The notes below the pieces were generated by a model that had not been told where the DNA came from, searched no databases, and saw nothing but the letters and a program-made list of their open reading frames with translations. Positions 27,120 to 40,725 of a DNA stretch of 64,000 bases are shown here, in pieces (position 1 is the first letter of the stretch; every line of letters begins with the position of its first letter). Source of the DNA: Octopus vulgaris (Eukaryota); NCBI GenBank assembly GCA_951406725.2, contig OX597826.1, forward strand, positions 10,416,001 through 10,480,000, in the 5' to 3' direction. A program made the position numbers and the translations under genes.

Positions 27120-27260
27120 ACCGTATCAGGTCAATTATACCCATGATTAATTACCCCCTCCTCTCCAATATATTAAGAAGTTTCAAATCATCATCTGTTG
27201 TCCTCAGGGGTGATTGTCCTTGGTGAGGTTATTGTCCATGGGGGGTAAATGTCCTACACT
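27120..27260. mobile_element. MITE-like repeat with subterminal GGACAAT/ATTGTCC motifs
   Basis: Second copy at 59055-59217 shares CATCTGTTGTCCT...GGTGAGGTTATTGTCCATGG.GGGTAAATGTCC. Confidence 0.55.
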
Positions 27261-27286
27261 CACACAAACACATAAACATATACATA

Positions 27287-28268
27287 CTCTTTTACTTGTT
27301 TCAGTCATTTGACTACGGCCATGCTGGAGCACCGCCTTTAGTCGAGCAAATCGACCCCAGGACTTATTCTTTGTAAGCCTAGTACTTATTCTATCATTCT
27401 CTTTTACTGAACTGCTAAGTTACAGAGACGTAAACACACCAGCATCGGTTGTCAAGCGATGTTGGGGGGACAAACACAGATACGCAAACACACACACACA
27501 TATATTCATATATACAACGGGCTCTTATCAGTTTCCGTCTACCAAATCCACTCACAAGGCTTTGGTCAGCCCGAGGCTATAGTAGAAGGCACTTGCCCAA
27601 AATGTCACGCAGTGGGACTGAAGCCGGAACCACACAGCCACTCCTGTGCCTATACATACATATATATATATATATATTTTTTTTTTACTTGTTTCAGTCA
27701 TTTGACTGCGGCCATGCTGGAGTACCGCCTTTAGTCGAGCAAATCGACCCCGGGACTTATTCTTTGTAAGCCCAGTACTTATTCTATCAGTCTCTTTTGC
27801 CGAACCGCTAAGTGACGGGGACGTAAACACACCAGCATCGCTTGTCAAGCAATGCTAGGGGTACAAACACAGACACACAAACACACACATACATATATAT
27901 ATATGTATACATATACACGACAGGCCTCTTTCAGTTTCCGTCTACCAAATCCACTCACAAGGCTTTGGTTGGCCCGAGGCTATAGCAGAAGACACTTGCC
28001 CAAGATGCCACGCAGTGGGACTGAACCCAAAACCATGTGGTTGGTTAGCAAGCTACTTACCACACAGCCACTCCTGCGCCTATATATGTATATATGTATA
28101 TATATGATTAGCTTCTTCCAGTTTCCATCTATCAAATCCACTCATAATGCTTTGGTCAGCCTGAGGCTATAGTAGAAGACACTTGCCCAAGGTGCCACTC
28201 AGTAGGACTGAACCTGGAACCATGTGGTTGGGAAGCAAGCTTCTTACCAAATAGCCACACCTGTGCCT
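27287..28268 (-). mobile_element. Head-to-tail cluster of family A SINEs (two full copies and one head)
   Basis: Copies at 27287-27650, 27685-28080 and 28110-28268. Confidence 0.85.
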
Positions 28269-28505
28269 ATATATGTTTACATACAATATATACATATTCA
28301 TTTTTACCCTAGGCACAAGGCCTGAAATTTTTGGGGAGGGGTCCAGTCGATTAGATTGACCACAGTATGCAACTGGTAGTTAATTTATCGATCCTGAAAG
28401 GATAAAAAGCAAAGTTGACCTTGACGGACAATATATATATTGATTTGTCTAATTTGCTTATCCGTACATTTACTTCTAAATATGTGTGTGTGTGTGTATG
28501 TCTAT

Positions 28506-28540
<35 letters not shown>

Positions 28541-28542
28541 TA

Positions 28543-28737
28543 TAAAGGGAAAGTTTATGAAAATAAACAAAAGACAAAGGCAGGTGGAGTACAAACAAAC
28601 AAATGTATTAGTATAGCGCTCAGGAATAGAAAAAGTCTTTTACGTTTCGAGCCTACGCTCTTCTACAGAAAGGGACACAGAAAAAAACAAGGAGAGAAAA
28701 AATGTGTGTAGGAGCTAACGATCTATCATGGCATCCT
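28543..28737 (-). mobile_element. Hammerhead-bearing short element between (CA)/(TA) tracts
   Basis: Reverse homolog of 3636-3847; CTTT-CTGTAGA-AGAGCGTAGGCTC-GAAAC-GTA-AAAG at 28637-28672. Confidence 0.6.
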
Positions 28738-29044
28738 ATATATATATATATGGATATATATGTATATATACATATATATGCTGAGGTTGACTTTGCCTAG
28801 CATCCTTTTGGGGGTTGATAAATTATGTACCAGTGAACTACTGGGGTTGATGTAATTGACTAGTCCCTTCCCCACAAATTTGAGGCCTTGTTCCTATAAT
28901 AGGAAGGATCATTATTGGTTTATTTGTCAGAGTTCTTTCATCACACATTTTGTGACCTCTTCACTGACTTATCTTTTCTCTGAAACGATGAAAGGCAAAT
29001 ACGACCTTGGCAGAATTTGAACTCAAATGCAAACATAGAATAAT

Positions 29045-29477
29045 GATAATCCTTTCTACTATAGGCACAAGGCCAGAAGTTTGGGTAGGGGGATAGTTGA
29101 TTACATCGACCCCAGTGTTTCACTGGTACTTAATTTATCGACCCTGAAAGGATGAAAGGCAAAGTCAACCTCAGTGGAATATAAACTCAGAACATAGTGG
29201 CAGATGAAATACCGCTATGCATTTTGCCCAGTGTGCTAACGATTCTGCCAGCTTGCTGCCTTAGATAGGATAATGATAATGATGGTTTCATATTTTACCA
29301 CAAGGGCAGCAATTTTGGGATTGGGGACTGGTTGATTACATCAACACCAGTGTTCAACTGGTACTTATTTTATCGATCCTGAAAGGATGAAAGACTAAGT
29401 CAACCTCGCGGAATTTGAACTCAGAATGTAGTGATGGGTGAAATGCTGCTAAGCATTTAGCCTCATTGCCTTAAATG

Positions 29478-29519
<42 letters not shown>

Positions 29520-29885
29520 TTCCTTTCTACTGTAGGTACAAAGCCTAAAATTTTGCAGGAAGGGACCACTCAATTCTATAAACCTCCGTGCCTGACTTGT
29601 ACTTATTTTATTACCTCCGAAAGGATGAAAGTGAAGTTGACCTTGGCAGAATTTGAACTTAGAATGTAAAGCTAGAAGAAATACTATGGACCATTTAATC
29701 TAATTTGCTAATGATTCTACCAGCTCACCACCTTAATAATGATGATGATGATGATAATTGTTTCAAATCTTAGCACAAGGCCTGAAATTTTGGGAGAAGC
29801 GTTAGTCAATGACATCTACCCCATTGCTCATTGGTAATTATTATATTGACCCCTAATAGGATGAAAGGCGAAGTTGACCTTGGCA
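29045..29885 (-). mobile_element. Array of same-orientation family B SINEs separated by (AAT)/(GAT) tracts
   Basis: Four repeats of GGATGAAAGGCAAAGTCAACC-like cores. Confidence 0.75.
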
Positions 29886-29916
29886 ATATTCGTGTGTGTG
29901 TGTGTGTGTGTGTGTA

Positions 29917-30262
29917 AAAATGAAAAATACAATAAATAAACAATAATAGCTAAAAGACGTACATGTAGGACAGACACAGGAGGCCCTAATTCTTCATCAG
30001 TTATCAGCCATATGTCTACTCTGTATCGTTTTGCTTGCTCGAAGCCCTAATTCTCTGCAAATTTTTGCGGGTGCCATTGATATGAGTAGTACTCAATATT
30101 AACATTAAAGGTATGAAACTGAGTATTACCATTCGGTTGATAACTGATGAAGAATTAGGGCCTTCTGTGTCTGTCCTACGTCTTTTAGCTATCGTTTATT
30201 TAATGCATTTTACATTTATTGAGTAACTGAACGCCATGCATCTCTACTTTTAACAGTAAGTT
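29917..30262. repeat. Inverted-repeat element between (GT)n and (TA)n with CTGATGA in each arm
   Basis: Arms at ~29917-30010 and ~30135-30218. Confidence 0.75.
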
Positions 30263-30296
30263 TTATATATATATACACATATATATACATGCAAAG

Positions 30297-30712
30297 GGTG
30301 GCGAGCTGGCAGAAACGTTAGCATGTCGGGCAAAATGCGTAGCCGTATTTCGTCTGTCGTTACGTTCTGAGTTCAAATTCCGCCGAGGTCGACTTTGCCT
30401 TTCATCCTTTCGGGGTCGATAAATTAAGTACCTGTTACGCACTGGGGGGTCGATATAATCGACTTAATCCGTTTGTCTGTCCTTGTTTGTCCCCTCTGTG
30501 TTTAGCCCCTTGTGGGTAGTAAAGAAATAGGTATTTCGTCTACCGTTATGTTCTGAGTTCAAATTCCGCTGAGGTTGACTTTGCCTTTCATCCTTTCGGG
30601 GTCGATAAATTAAGTACCTGTTACGCACTGGGGTCGATGTAATCGACTTATTCCGTTTGTCTGTCCTTGTTTGTCCCCTCTGTGTTTAGCCCCTTGTGGG
30701 TAGTAAAGAAAT
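30297..30712 (+). mobile_element. SINE family B with tandemly duplicated body
   Basis: Same junction as 20886-21290. Confidence 0.85.
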
Positions 30713-30724
30713 ATATATATACAT

Positions 30725-30769
<45 letters not shown>

Positions 30770-31150
30770 AATACCTATATCTATATATCTTTATGCATAT
30801 GTAATTTTAATTTCTGTATGATATATGATATAAGATGTCAGTCTGTCGTTTGTGTTGCTACCTGTTAAGATAATTTATTTATAACCACATAGAAGCAGAT
30901 ATGAACAATGGTCTTCTGTCTGTAAACAGAATTTAACAGCTACAAAATTAAACCTAGTTTAAAAGCTACATACATATCTACATACATATCTACATACATC
31001 AGTCTCTGCCTATCTCACTTTTCTCTAGTTATTTATTTTCTTCTTCTCCTCCTAATTTTAGTGTCTTTTGTGTGATAAAATTGATTACTTTTCAATTAAT
31101 TCAACTACTGCTAGAAATCACAGCATCAGCTTTAATTATTATTATAATGA

Positions 31151-31203
<53 letters not shown>

Positions 31204-31737
31204 GGTTATGTTAAGGTGGTGAGTTAGCATAAATGGTAGACTGTTTTATAGTAATTAGTTTTGTCTCTCTATCATCTGTGTTCTGTCTAATCACATCAGG
31301 TTTTAGTTACTATTCCTCCCTCCATAGAGGTTGATAATATAAGTGTCAGTTATATACTAGAATAACCAATTAATTATATTCCTTCCCAACAAATATGTCA
31401 TCTTGTGCTGCAGTAAAAAAAAAACAACAGCAAAAAAACGTATAATGCAGCTGAAATGACTAAAACCCGACAGACTTTTTGAGCAAAACCCTTACTGACG
31501 TTTCCAAGTTCCATCTGGAGAAAAAGGAGCTATCCTCCTATAAATTTATCAAAAGGTATGTTAAAATGGTTTGGATGGCCCAAGAGAATAGTCCTACTCT
31601 TAGCACATGCCAAGGAATGATAGCTGGAAGAAAGCACTTATACTCAGTGTATTCTTGGATTTCTAAGCTTCCCTGATTGGCCCGAGGTAATGGTATACTT
31701 CTCTGGATCATCTCAGACATTTGTATTCTGTGAGTAC

Positions 31738-32066
31738 CAGTGGTTCCCAACCATTTTTTGTCTGTGGACCCCTTTGATTCCTATTTTATTCAGATGGACC
31801 CTCATAACCATTCGATGTTTCAAAGAATCCTGTTATATTCTTAGAATTAAATATTATTAGGAATTTATTCTTTTACTTGTTTCAGTCATTTGACTGTGGC
31901 CATGCTGCTGCACTGCCCTGAAAGGTTTTAGTTGAAAACAATCAACCCCAGAACTTATTTTTAAGCCTAGTACTTATTCTGTCGGTATCTTTTGCCGAAC
32001 TGCTAAGTTATGGGGATGTAAACACTTCAACCTCAGTTGTCAAGTGATGGGGGAAAGACAAACACA

Positions 32067-32107
<41 letters not shown>

Positions 32108-32455
32108 ACACACACATGCACACACTCTAATACACACACAGAGACACACACACACAGAAACACATACACACACAAACACATATAACAGTCTTCTTTCAGT
32201 TTCCTTCTACAAAATCCATTCACAAGGCTTTGGTCAGGCTAAGGCTATAATAGAAGACACTTGCCCAAGGTGCCATACAGTGGGACTGAACCCAGAACCA
32301 TGTGGTTGAAAGCAAGCTTCTTACCACACAGCTAAAAATTGTTAAAATATTTTGTATATTGTAGAAGTATAACAAATTTTGTTGCACATAAATTTTAACT
32401 ATAAAATCTTATGTGGACCCCTAAGGGCCATATATGTACCCTGGTTGAGAACCAC
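31738..32455. mobile_element. hAT/Charlie-like MITE (family G) with a nested family A SINE (31867-32332, -)
   Basis: TIRs CAGTGGTTCCCAACC / GGTTGAGAACCAC. Confidence 0.75.
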
Positions 32456-33117
32456 CCCACACTGTCTTCTGATTTCACTGTAAACCTCCATACATTTTGT
32501 AACCTATCCTTGTAATTTCCTCTGAACAATCAACCTTGTGGCATTTCACGCCTGCTGGCTACAACGAAGGAAGTTCTGTGATGGTTGTAGTTTAAAGAAT
32601 TGAGGACTGGGTTTTCCCTCTCTTTTAGAGAGCTAAGTACTGCTCTCCAGTAAGAAAGATGAGTGCAAACAGCAAGACTGACAAAACTAAATTTGTTTAC
32701 TTTATTATGCAACTGTAAACAGAAGGCAAGAAACGGGGGTTTTATGTGAGATGGTCTTGAAATCTTGATGATTTTCATCCTTATTAGAATATGTTTCTTG
32801 TTGACAATTTATTATAGTTATCTTGTTCTTGTTGAATTTTGCTTTTCTCTTTTACTTTGGGACTGAACCCAGAACCATGTGGCTGAAAACAAGCTTCTTA
32901 CCATTCTTACACCTAAGAATTGTTAAAATATTTTGTATATTGTAGAAATGTAACAAATTTTGTTGCACATTAATTTTAACTATAAAATCTTATATGGACC
33001 CCTAAGAATTAACTTTTTAAATTCTCACTGATTTTATATTTTTCACTCTTATTTTGTGACCAGTGTATTGGGCTTTTGTATCTAATAACAAAAATCATCA
33101 TCATCATCATCATCATC

Positions 33118-34310
33118 AAGGCAACAAGTTGGCAGAATCATTAACGAGTGGAACAAAATGCTTCACATCATTTCTTGTTTTTTTTTTTTTCTGTTCAAAT
33201 TCCAAGAAGTTTGACTTTCCCTTTCATCCTTTTGGGATCAATAAAAAAATGTACCAGTTGAGCAATGGGGTTGATGTAACTGACATCCTCCCCCACCTCC
33301 CAGAATTATTACTATTGTTGTTATTATTAAGGTGCTGCTTTGGCTGAATTGTTAGCATATCAGACAAAATACTTTGGAACATTTCTTCTTATTCAGAAAA
33401 GATCAACTTTGCTTGTCATTCTTTGGTGGGTAATAAAATAAAGTAGACTTCAAGAGCTGGGGTTGATGTAATCTTGCTGAACGTGATGTATTTAGACAAA
33501 ATGCCTTTTTGTATTTATCTCTTTATGTTTTGAGTTCAATTCCTGCTGAGACCAACTTTGCTTTCCATTCCTCCAGAGTCTATGAAGTACCAGTCACGTA
33601 ATGAGGTTGATTTAGTTGACTAAAATTTTCCTTCAATATTCCGGACCCTGAATACAGACAAGTGAGCTGGCAGAATCGTTAGCACACCAGGCAAAATGCT
33701 TAGCAGCATTTCGTCTGTCTTTATGTTCTGAGTTCAAATTCCACCAAGGTCAACTTTACCTTTCATCCTTTCAGGGGCGTTAGAATAAATACCAGCACTG
33801 GGGTTGATGTAATCAACTCACCCCACCTTCCCAAAATTGCTGGTCTCATGCCGAAATTTGAAGCCAGTATTTCACATCCTATGCTTGTGTGAGAAACAAT
33901 TCAAGGATAGTGGATTGGCAGAGTCATTAGAGGGATGAACAAAATGCCACCAGATCTTTAGATTCTGAGTTCAAATCCTGCCAAGGTCAACTTTGCCTTT
34001 TATCCTTTCAGAGTTGGCCAAATGAAGTACCAGTCAAACACTTGGGTCAAGGACATTGAATAAAAACCCTTTCTTCAAAGATTTCAGACCTTGTACCTAT
34101 GTTAGACAAATTTATGATTACTTTTAGGGTGGTAGTTTGACAGAATTAGTAGAGTATTGGGGTGGGGGTGGGGGAAATATCCGGCAGTATGCATTCCAGC
34201 GTTTTACATTTTGAATTCAAATCTGGCCAAGGTCAACTTAGCTGTTTGTCCTTTTAGGATTGATGAAATAAAGTACCAGTCAAGTACTGTGGTCAATTTA
34301 ATCAACTATC
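33118..34310 (+). mobile_element. Array of 6-7 diverged, same-orientation family B SINEs
   Basis: Repeated GAGTTCAAAT...AACTTTGCCTTT...AAGTACCAG modules. Confidence 0.7.
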
Positions 34311-34342
34311 CTTTCTCTCTGGATTTGTGTTATTACAAGAAA

Positions 34343-34385
<43 letters not shown>

Positions 34386-35074
34386 AACTAGTATTATAGT
34401 AACACTATTTCCAAATTCAAATTGATTGCATTCCTACAACCTAAACTAAGTTTGGCATTGCATTTAGCTCAAAAGGCATCATTTGGTGAATTAACCAAAA
34501 ACGATTTGTACTACTGATTCTCACTGACTCACTGTTCTGAGAGCAAGTGTCGCTGGGAAGGGGGTGTCAGTGTTTGCTTTTTATTTCTCTCCAAATAGAG
34601 TGGAAGGTAACGAAGGGAGGCAGCAGGGGGGGGGGGGCAATAAAGCACCACTAATATTGATGGTAGGGGTGGCGATGATGTTGATGATTGATGAGTGAGT
34701 ATTATAACAGTTGATGAGTGTCTTCTGTGTAGTACTGTGAACAAATTGCATTGATGATGACTATGGAGATACCGTTCATGATGATGATGATGATGACGAC
34801 AATGACGATGATGACGATGATGATGATGATAACATTAATAATTGTGATGAGGACAATAACGATGATAAGAAAACAGCAATAGGAATTACAGTAAAAAAAA
34901 GTGATATTTATAAACAAGTATTGATGATGATGATGATGATAATGACATCAACAACAATACTAATTACATTTAAACTATTTACAAACAACATATGATGATG
35001 ATGATGATGATAGTGAGGAGGAGGAGGAGGGAAATAACAATGATGAGGATGATTAAAGTGGTGGTGTTTGAGGA

Positions 35075-35312
35075 TGATGAGGAGGAGGATAACGACGTTG
35101 ATGAGGATGGTAATAGTGGTGGTTTTAATGATGATGGGGATGATGATGAGGATGAGGAGGAGGGGGATAATGACATTGATGCGGATGATAATAGTGGTGG
35201 TTCTAATGATGATGGTGATGATGATGATGATGAGGAGGAGGAGGGGGATAATGACATTGATGAGGATGATAATAGTGGTGGTTCTAATGATGATGGTGAT
35301 GATGATGGTAGT
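35075..35312 (+). repeat. GAT/GAG simple repeat with a higher-order ~81-87-bp unit (x3)
   Basis: GGATAA.GAC.TTGATG.GGATG.TAATAGTGGTGGTT.TAATGATGATGG occurs three times. Confidence 0.85.
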
Positions 35313-35796
35313 GGCAAAGATGAATGATGATGGTTGTGATGTTAATGATAGTTTTGCAGCCATGGTGTTGATAAATAATTAATTTCTGCTGGATAGGCAC
35401 ATGATTTATCTATTTAGTAAAAGGATAAGAATGAACTCCCTCTCCTCCCCCCCCCCCTGAAAAAGAGAAGCACTCTCCTTCTCTCCCACCCACCGTCTCT
35501 TTCAATCTCTCCCCACCACCCCACCTCTCTCTTTCTCTCTCTCTGTCTTTCTCAAATATTCATATAAATGTAAAAGCATTTATTTATAAACTACCACGTG
35601 CACATACAAGCACATGTACACTTACATACACACACACACATATACATATATGTATGTATGTATGTATGTATATATATATATTTATTATATATATATATAT
35701 ACAATATATATATATATATACAATATATATACATATATCGCACACACATACATACACACACACATATATATATATATATATAAACATATACATATA

Positions 35797-35837
<41 letters not shown>

Positions 35838-35951
35838 CCTGGATTTCAATATCCTCCTTTATTTTATATATAGTTTCTATTAATGGATGCCATTTATGTG
35901 TATATCAGTGCATACATGCAAACATACATATGATATATATACACACTTGCA

Positions 35952-36004
<53 letters not shown>

Positions 36005-36211
36005 ATGTATATTTATGTATAGATATACATACATACATACATACATATATATATATATACACATGTATATACATATATATTTGTACGAATAATAGTCTAT
36101 CATACATATGCATATCTATCTTTATTTGTCTATATCTATGTACATTTATATGATATATATGAATATATATCTATGTATATCTGCATATTTATAGCTATAC
36201 ATAAATGTATC

Positions 36212-36254
<43 letters not shown>

Positions 36255-37149
36255 GTGTGTGTATAAATGAATGTATATATGTATATGTATATATATATAT
36301 TTATATATATGTACATAGATGTGTGAATGTGTATATACATATAAACATATATGATTATACGACCGCGTGTGAGTTTTGAAATACACCCCCACGACCCCAG
36401 CTGTCGCCCCCCCCCCCATCGCCACCATCACCACCGACTCCAGCTCCGCCGCCACCGCCGCCACCGACTCACAAAAGCCTAGCTATGTATGTGACTGTTT
36501 TAGTAATATTACTAGCAGTACATCATCAGCATAGCCGAGTTGGGATTAATAATTATTGCTGTATAGTTTATCACTGCTCTGACCTAGTTATTACTACAGA
36601 TTACCACCCTCACGCTCTTCTCTTCCTCTCTACTTCTTACTCTCTCTCTATATATGTATATATCTCTCTCTCTCTCTCTCGCTCACTCAATGACACACAT
36701 ATATACTGGTAGGGCGGCCTCGAAGTAATCAGCTAGAAATAGCAGCCAAAAACCTCCAAATTGTGGCCTTACTGCCTTCAAAAACGAATATTTTGGATAA
36801 TGTGGTATTATAAATGCGCTGTGCCTGTAATATAAAGCTAGGAAGGGCATGGCTGGAACATCTTTGATCATAGGACTGCTCTGTCAATGCTCAGCCTTGG
36901 GTTAAGCAACAAAACAACAACGAACGAACTTCAGTTCACGCACGCACGTAGGCACACACACACATTAAACGCACACACAATCACACAAGCATATACATAC
37001 ATAAATACATACATACATACACTGAGATATAAAAATTCATAGATACATAAACATATATATGTACTCATACACACACACACATACATCTCGTACGTTACTT
37101 ACACAAATGAATACATACACTCTTATAGAATTCTTCAGCCAGTATTACA

Positions 37150-39134
37150 ATACATTCCACACCTCAACTTTCTTTCTTTTCTTTCTTCTCACTTTCCCTC
37201 CCTTTTCTCTGTCTATCTTTCTTTTTCTCTCTCCCTCTCTTCTCTTCTTAACACTCTCTCAGCTACACACACACACACACACAGCTCGTGCGCTCTACGC
37301 TCTGCACTCTCTTTTCAAACCTTTCAGTCTTACCCTCTCTACATCTCTCTCTTTCTCTCTCTCCACACACACACACACTTATTCTTTCTTCTTTCCTCTC
37401 CTCTCTCCATTAACCTCCCATCCTTTATTTCATTACCTCTACTCCCCCCACCATCTCATTCTTTCCTCTTTCTCTCTCTGCTCTACTTTCATTTTCCTCT
37501 TTCTCTCACTCCATCGCCTTCCCTCTCTCCTTCATCACGCTCCTCCTCTCCTTCCTCTTCTTACGCTGTCTTTCCCACTTCCTCTCCTTCCCCTCTCTTA
37601 CTCCACTTCTCCATTGTTTGTTGTTTCTTTCCTACAACCTCCCACCCTTCCTCTTCTCCATCCTCTCTCTTCTCCGCCGCTCCTCTTCTTCACTCAGTCT
37701 CTCCTTCACGCTTTCCTTCCTCTCTTTCAGCAATTCTCATCTACCCTCCATCTTCTTTCTAAGTCTTCCGCTTCCCCTTCATCTTCTCCACTCACAATTT
37801 CCTTCCCTCTACTTTTCTCCTGCTTTCTCCCCCCCACCGGTGTTTCTTTGTTTATCCTCCTCCCTATTCTTTCCTTCTTTCTCTCCTTCTTTCTAGCATG
37901 CTACTTTCCTCCTCATTCTTTTCTGTCTTCATATAATTCTTCCTTACTTTCCTCTCTTCTTCTTCTTCTTCTTCTTCTTCTTCTTCTTCTTCTTCTTCTT
38001 CTTCTTCTTCTTCTTCTTCTTCTTCTTTATTTCCTTCTTCTCCCCTGTCTTTTCATCCCCTCTCCTCTACACGTTTCCTTCTTGCTCTCTATTTCTCTCT
38101 CTCTCTCTCTCTCCCTCTCTCAAACACACACATCTACATTCTACACCGTTCTCTCCTTCCACGCTTCTAATTACTTTTTCTTTTCTTCCTTTTCCTTCTC
38201 TATTCTTTCATCATCTCTCCTTGCTCTTCTTTATTTATCATTGTTACTCTCCTTTCCTCTCCTCCTCCTCTCTCCCCCTCCTTTCTCTTGCTTCCTCCTT
38301 ATCTCTCTCCTTTCCTCTTCCCTCTACATTCTCTCCCTTTCTGCTCTATTCCTCACCCTATCCCTCTTGAACCTCTCTTTATTCTCTTTGCTCTATTTCT
38401 CTCCCCTTTACTACCCCCTTTTTTAAAAAAAAATTGCTCTCCCTAACCCTCTTGTAATATTTTCCTTTATTCTCATCACATCCTTCTCTGCCATAGATCC
38501 CCCTCTTCATTTCTCCTTCCTCTCCATTACTTTTCCTTTCTCTCCCATCCTAAAGATTCCTCACATTGGTACATGGCCACAAGTTTATAACATAGCGGTG
38601 ATGGGCAACGATGATATTGGGGATGGTATTCCTGATCATGGTGGTGTTGGTGCCGATGTTGTTGTCAGTGTTGCTGCTTTTGGTGGTGGCATTGTTGGTG
38701 CTGATGGTTTTGGCATTAGTATTGTTAGCAATGGTGATAGTAGTGGCGCTAGTGTTATTGGTGTCAGTATTACAATTGCTTGAATTTACCATCTGGTGCT
38801 TAACGAGAGGTTTGAACTCACAATCCAAACGCTGTACCAATATCTTCTTGTCCGGTGCTCTAACACCCTCCTCTTCTCCAAAACTCCATTTCCTCCATCA
38901 CTTCCACACTTTGTTTCCACTAGAATCTGCTCTCCAGCTCTCCATTTCCACCATCTCTGTTACTTTCTCTTTCTCTCTCTCTCTCTCACCCACTGTCTTT
39001 CTCCTTCCCCCTGCTGTTCTCCCTTCCCTTCTCCACTCTCCCACTTCTCATTCAATTAACCTTCTCTTTTGCTCTACTTTCTTCTTACTCTCCGCACACT
39101 CTCTTTTTCTTCGTCTCCCATCTACTAGTAAATA

Positions 39135-39171
<37 letters not shown>

Positions 39172-39190
39172 ATATATGTATGTATGTATG

Positions 39191-39243
<53 letters not shown>

Positions 39244-39244
39244 G

Positions 39245-39278
<34 letters not shown>

Positions 39279-40170
39279 TATATATGTATGTATGTATGTA
39301 TATATATATATATATATATATAAATATATATATATATGTATGTATGTATGTATGTATATACATACACACACAGAGTAATGATGATGGTAGATGTGTGTTT
39401 GTGTTTATACATATACAAACACACTTTGCTGATAAATGCATACATACATACACACATACATACATACATACACACGTACATACAGACAGACAGACAGATT
39501 AATAGATACATAGATGCAATCAGATGTATATCTCTCACAACTTTCATCCAGCTTCCTGTTCACTCCACTGTGCTCTGGTGGTGGTGGTGGCTGGTAGACT
39601 TCTTCTTTTTCTTCTTCTTCTTCTTCCTCTTCTTCTTCTCCTTCTTCTTTCATATTCTTCTTCTTCTTCTTCTTCTTCTTCTTCTTCTTCTTCTTCTTCT
39701 CATTCTTCTTCTTCTTCTCTCTTCTTCTTTCATATTCTTCTTCTTCTCTCTTCTTCTTCTCATTCTTCTTCTTCTTCTTCTTCTTCTTCTTCTTTTTCTT
39801 CTCATTCTTCTTCTCCTTCTCTTTCTTCTTCTTCTCCTCCTCCTCTTTTTTCTTCTTCTCCTCCTCCTTCTTCTTCTTCTCCTTCTTCTTCTTCTTCTTC
39901 TTCTTCTTCTTCTTCATCATCATTGTTTTCTCCTCCTTCTCCTCCTTCTTCTTCTTCTTCTTCTTCTTCTTCTTCTTCTTCTTCTTCTTCTTCTCCCAGC
40001 TTATTTCACTCTCCTTTAATCCCCTCCTTCCCTTCTTTTCTTCATCTCTATTTCACCCTCACATCCTACCCATTCCCTCTTTCATTCTACTCTTCCATTC
40101 TCCCTCTGCTACTTTTTTATATTCCCCCATCCACTCCACCCCCCCCCTCTCTATTATTCTGTCATCTACT
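37150..40170. repeat. Extended polypyrimidine (+ strand) low-complexity region with (CTT)n blocks
   Basis: (CTT)n at ~37955-38028 and ~39600-39995. Confidence 0.9.
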
Positions 40171-40725
40171 CTAAACAAACAGTGGTCTCTTGACTGGCTA
40201 GATTTAGCAGCTAAACATCACATCACACACAAGGCCCCTTAGCATATTAAAAAAAGAAAAGAAAAAAGTGCACATTGGATTATGTAGTCATAAATGTGCA
40301 CTGGATGATCAAGGCCTAGGGCTAAACAACTCTGTCATTCTTTGCTTTTTTATTTCTTCCTCCCACTCTCCCCTCTAAAACTCTATTTTGATCAATCTGT
40401 TAAGAAAGCCACTATGTGGTCACTAGATTTATTAGAAATAACAGCTAAAATCTCTCTTAAAAAATTGTAGGGTCACATTGGATAATGTTGTCCTAGATAT
40501 ATAATGCCTGAAAAAAAAGACAGGAGGGTCATGGTTGGTATGACTGTGATCATCAGTCCTATGCTTCAGGGTTGAAATATAAGCCAAACAACAACACTAA
40601 CTTTATTTTGCATTCTATGTGTGGTTATTTGATCTGCTACAACCAATAGTCAAATATGCACTTGAAACTACATTCTACTAACTTCAAAAAGAAAAGATAC
40701 ATTGGGTAATGTAGTCCAAGATAGA

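Noticed and set aside
31480-31740. Short ORFs on both strands in unique sequence
   Set aside because: No recognisable homology or convincing splice-site pair; interrupted by a MITE.
34992-35327. Acidic D/E-rich ORF resembling a biomineralisation protein
   Set aside because: GAT/GAG simple repeat open in several frames; no signal peptide or splice support.
37059-38426. 455-aa ORF rich in L/S/F/P
   Set aside because: A pyrimidine-only strand seldom forms stop codons; low complexity and no domain.
38611-40174. Several 170-255-aa ORFs (poly-L, poly-K, poly-S, YI repeats)
   Set aside because: Translations of (CTT)n and (TA)n microsatellites.
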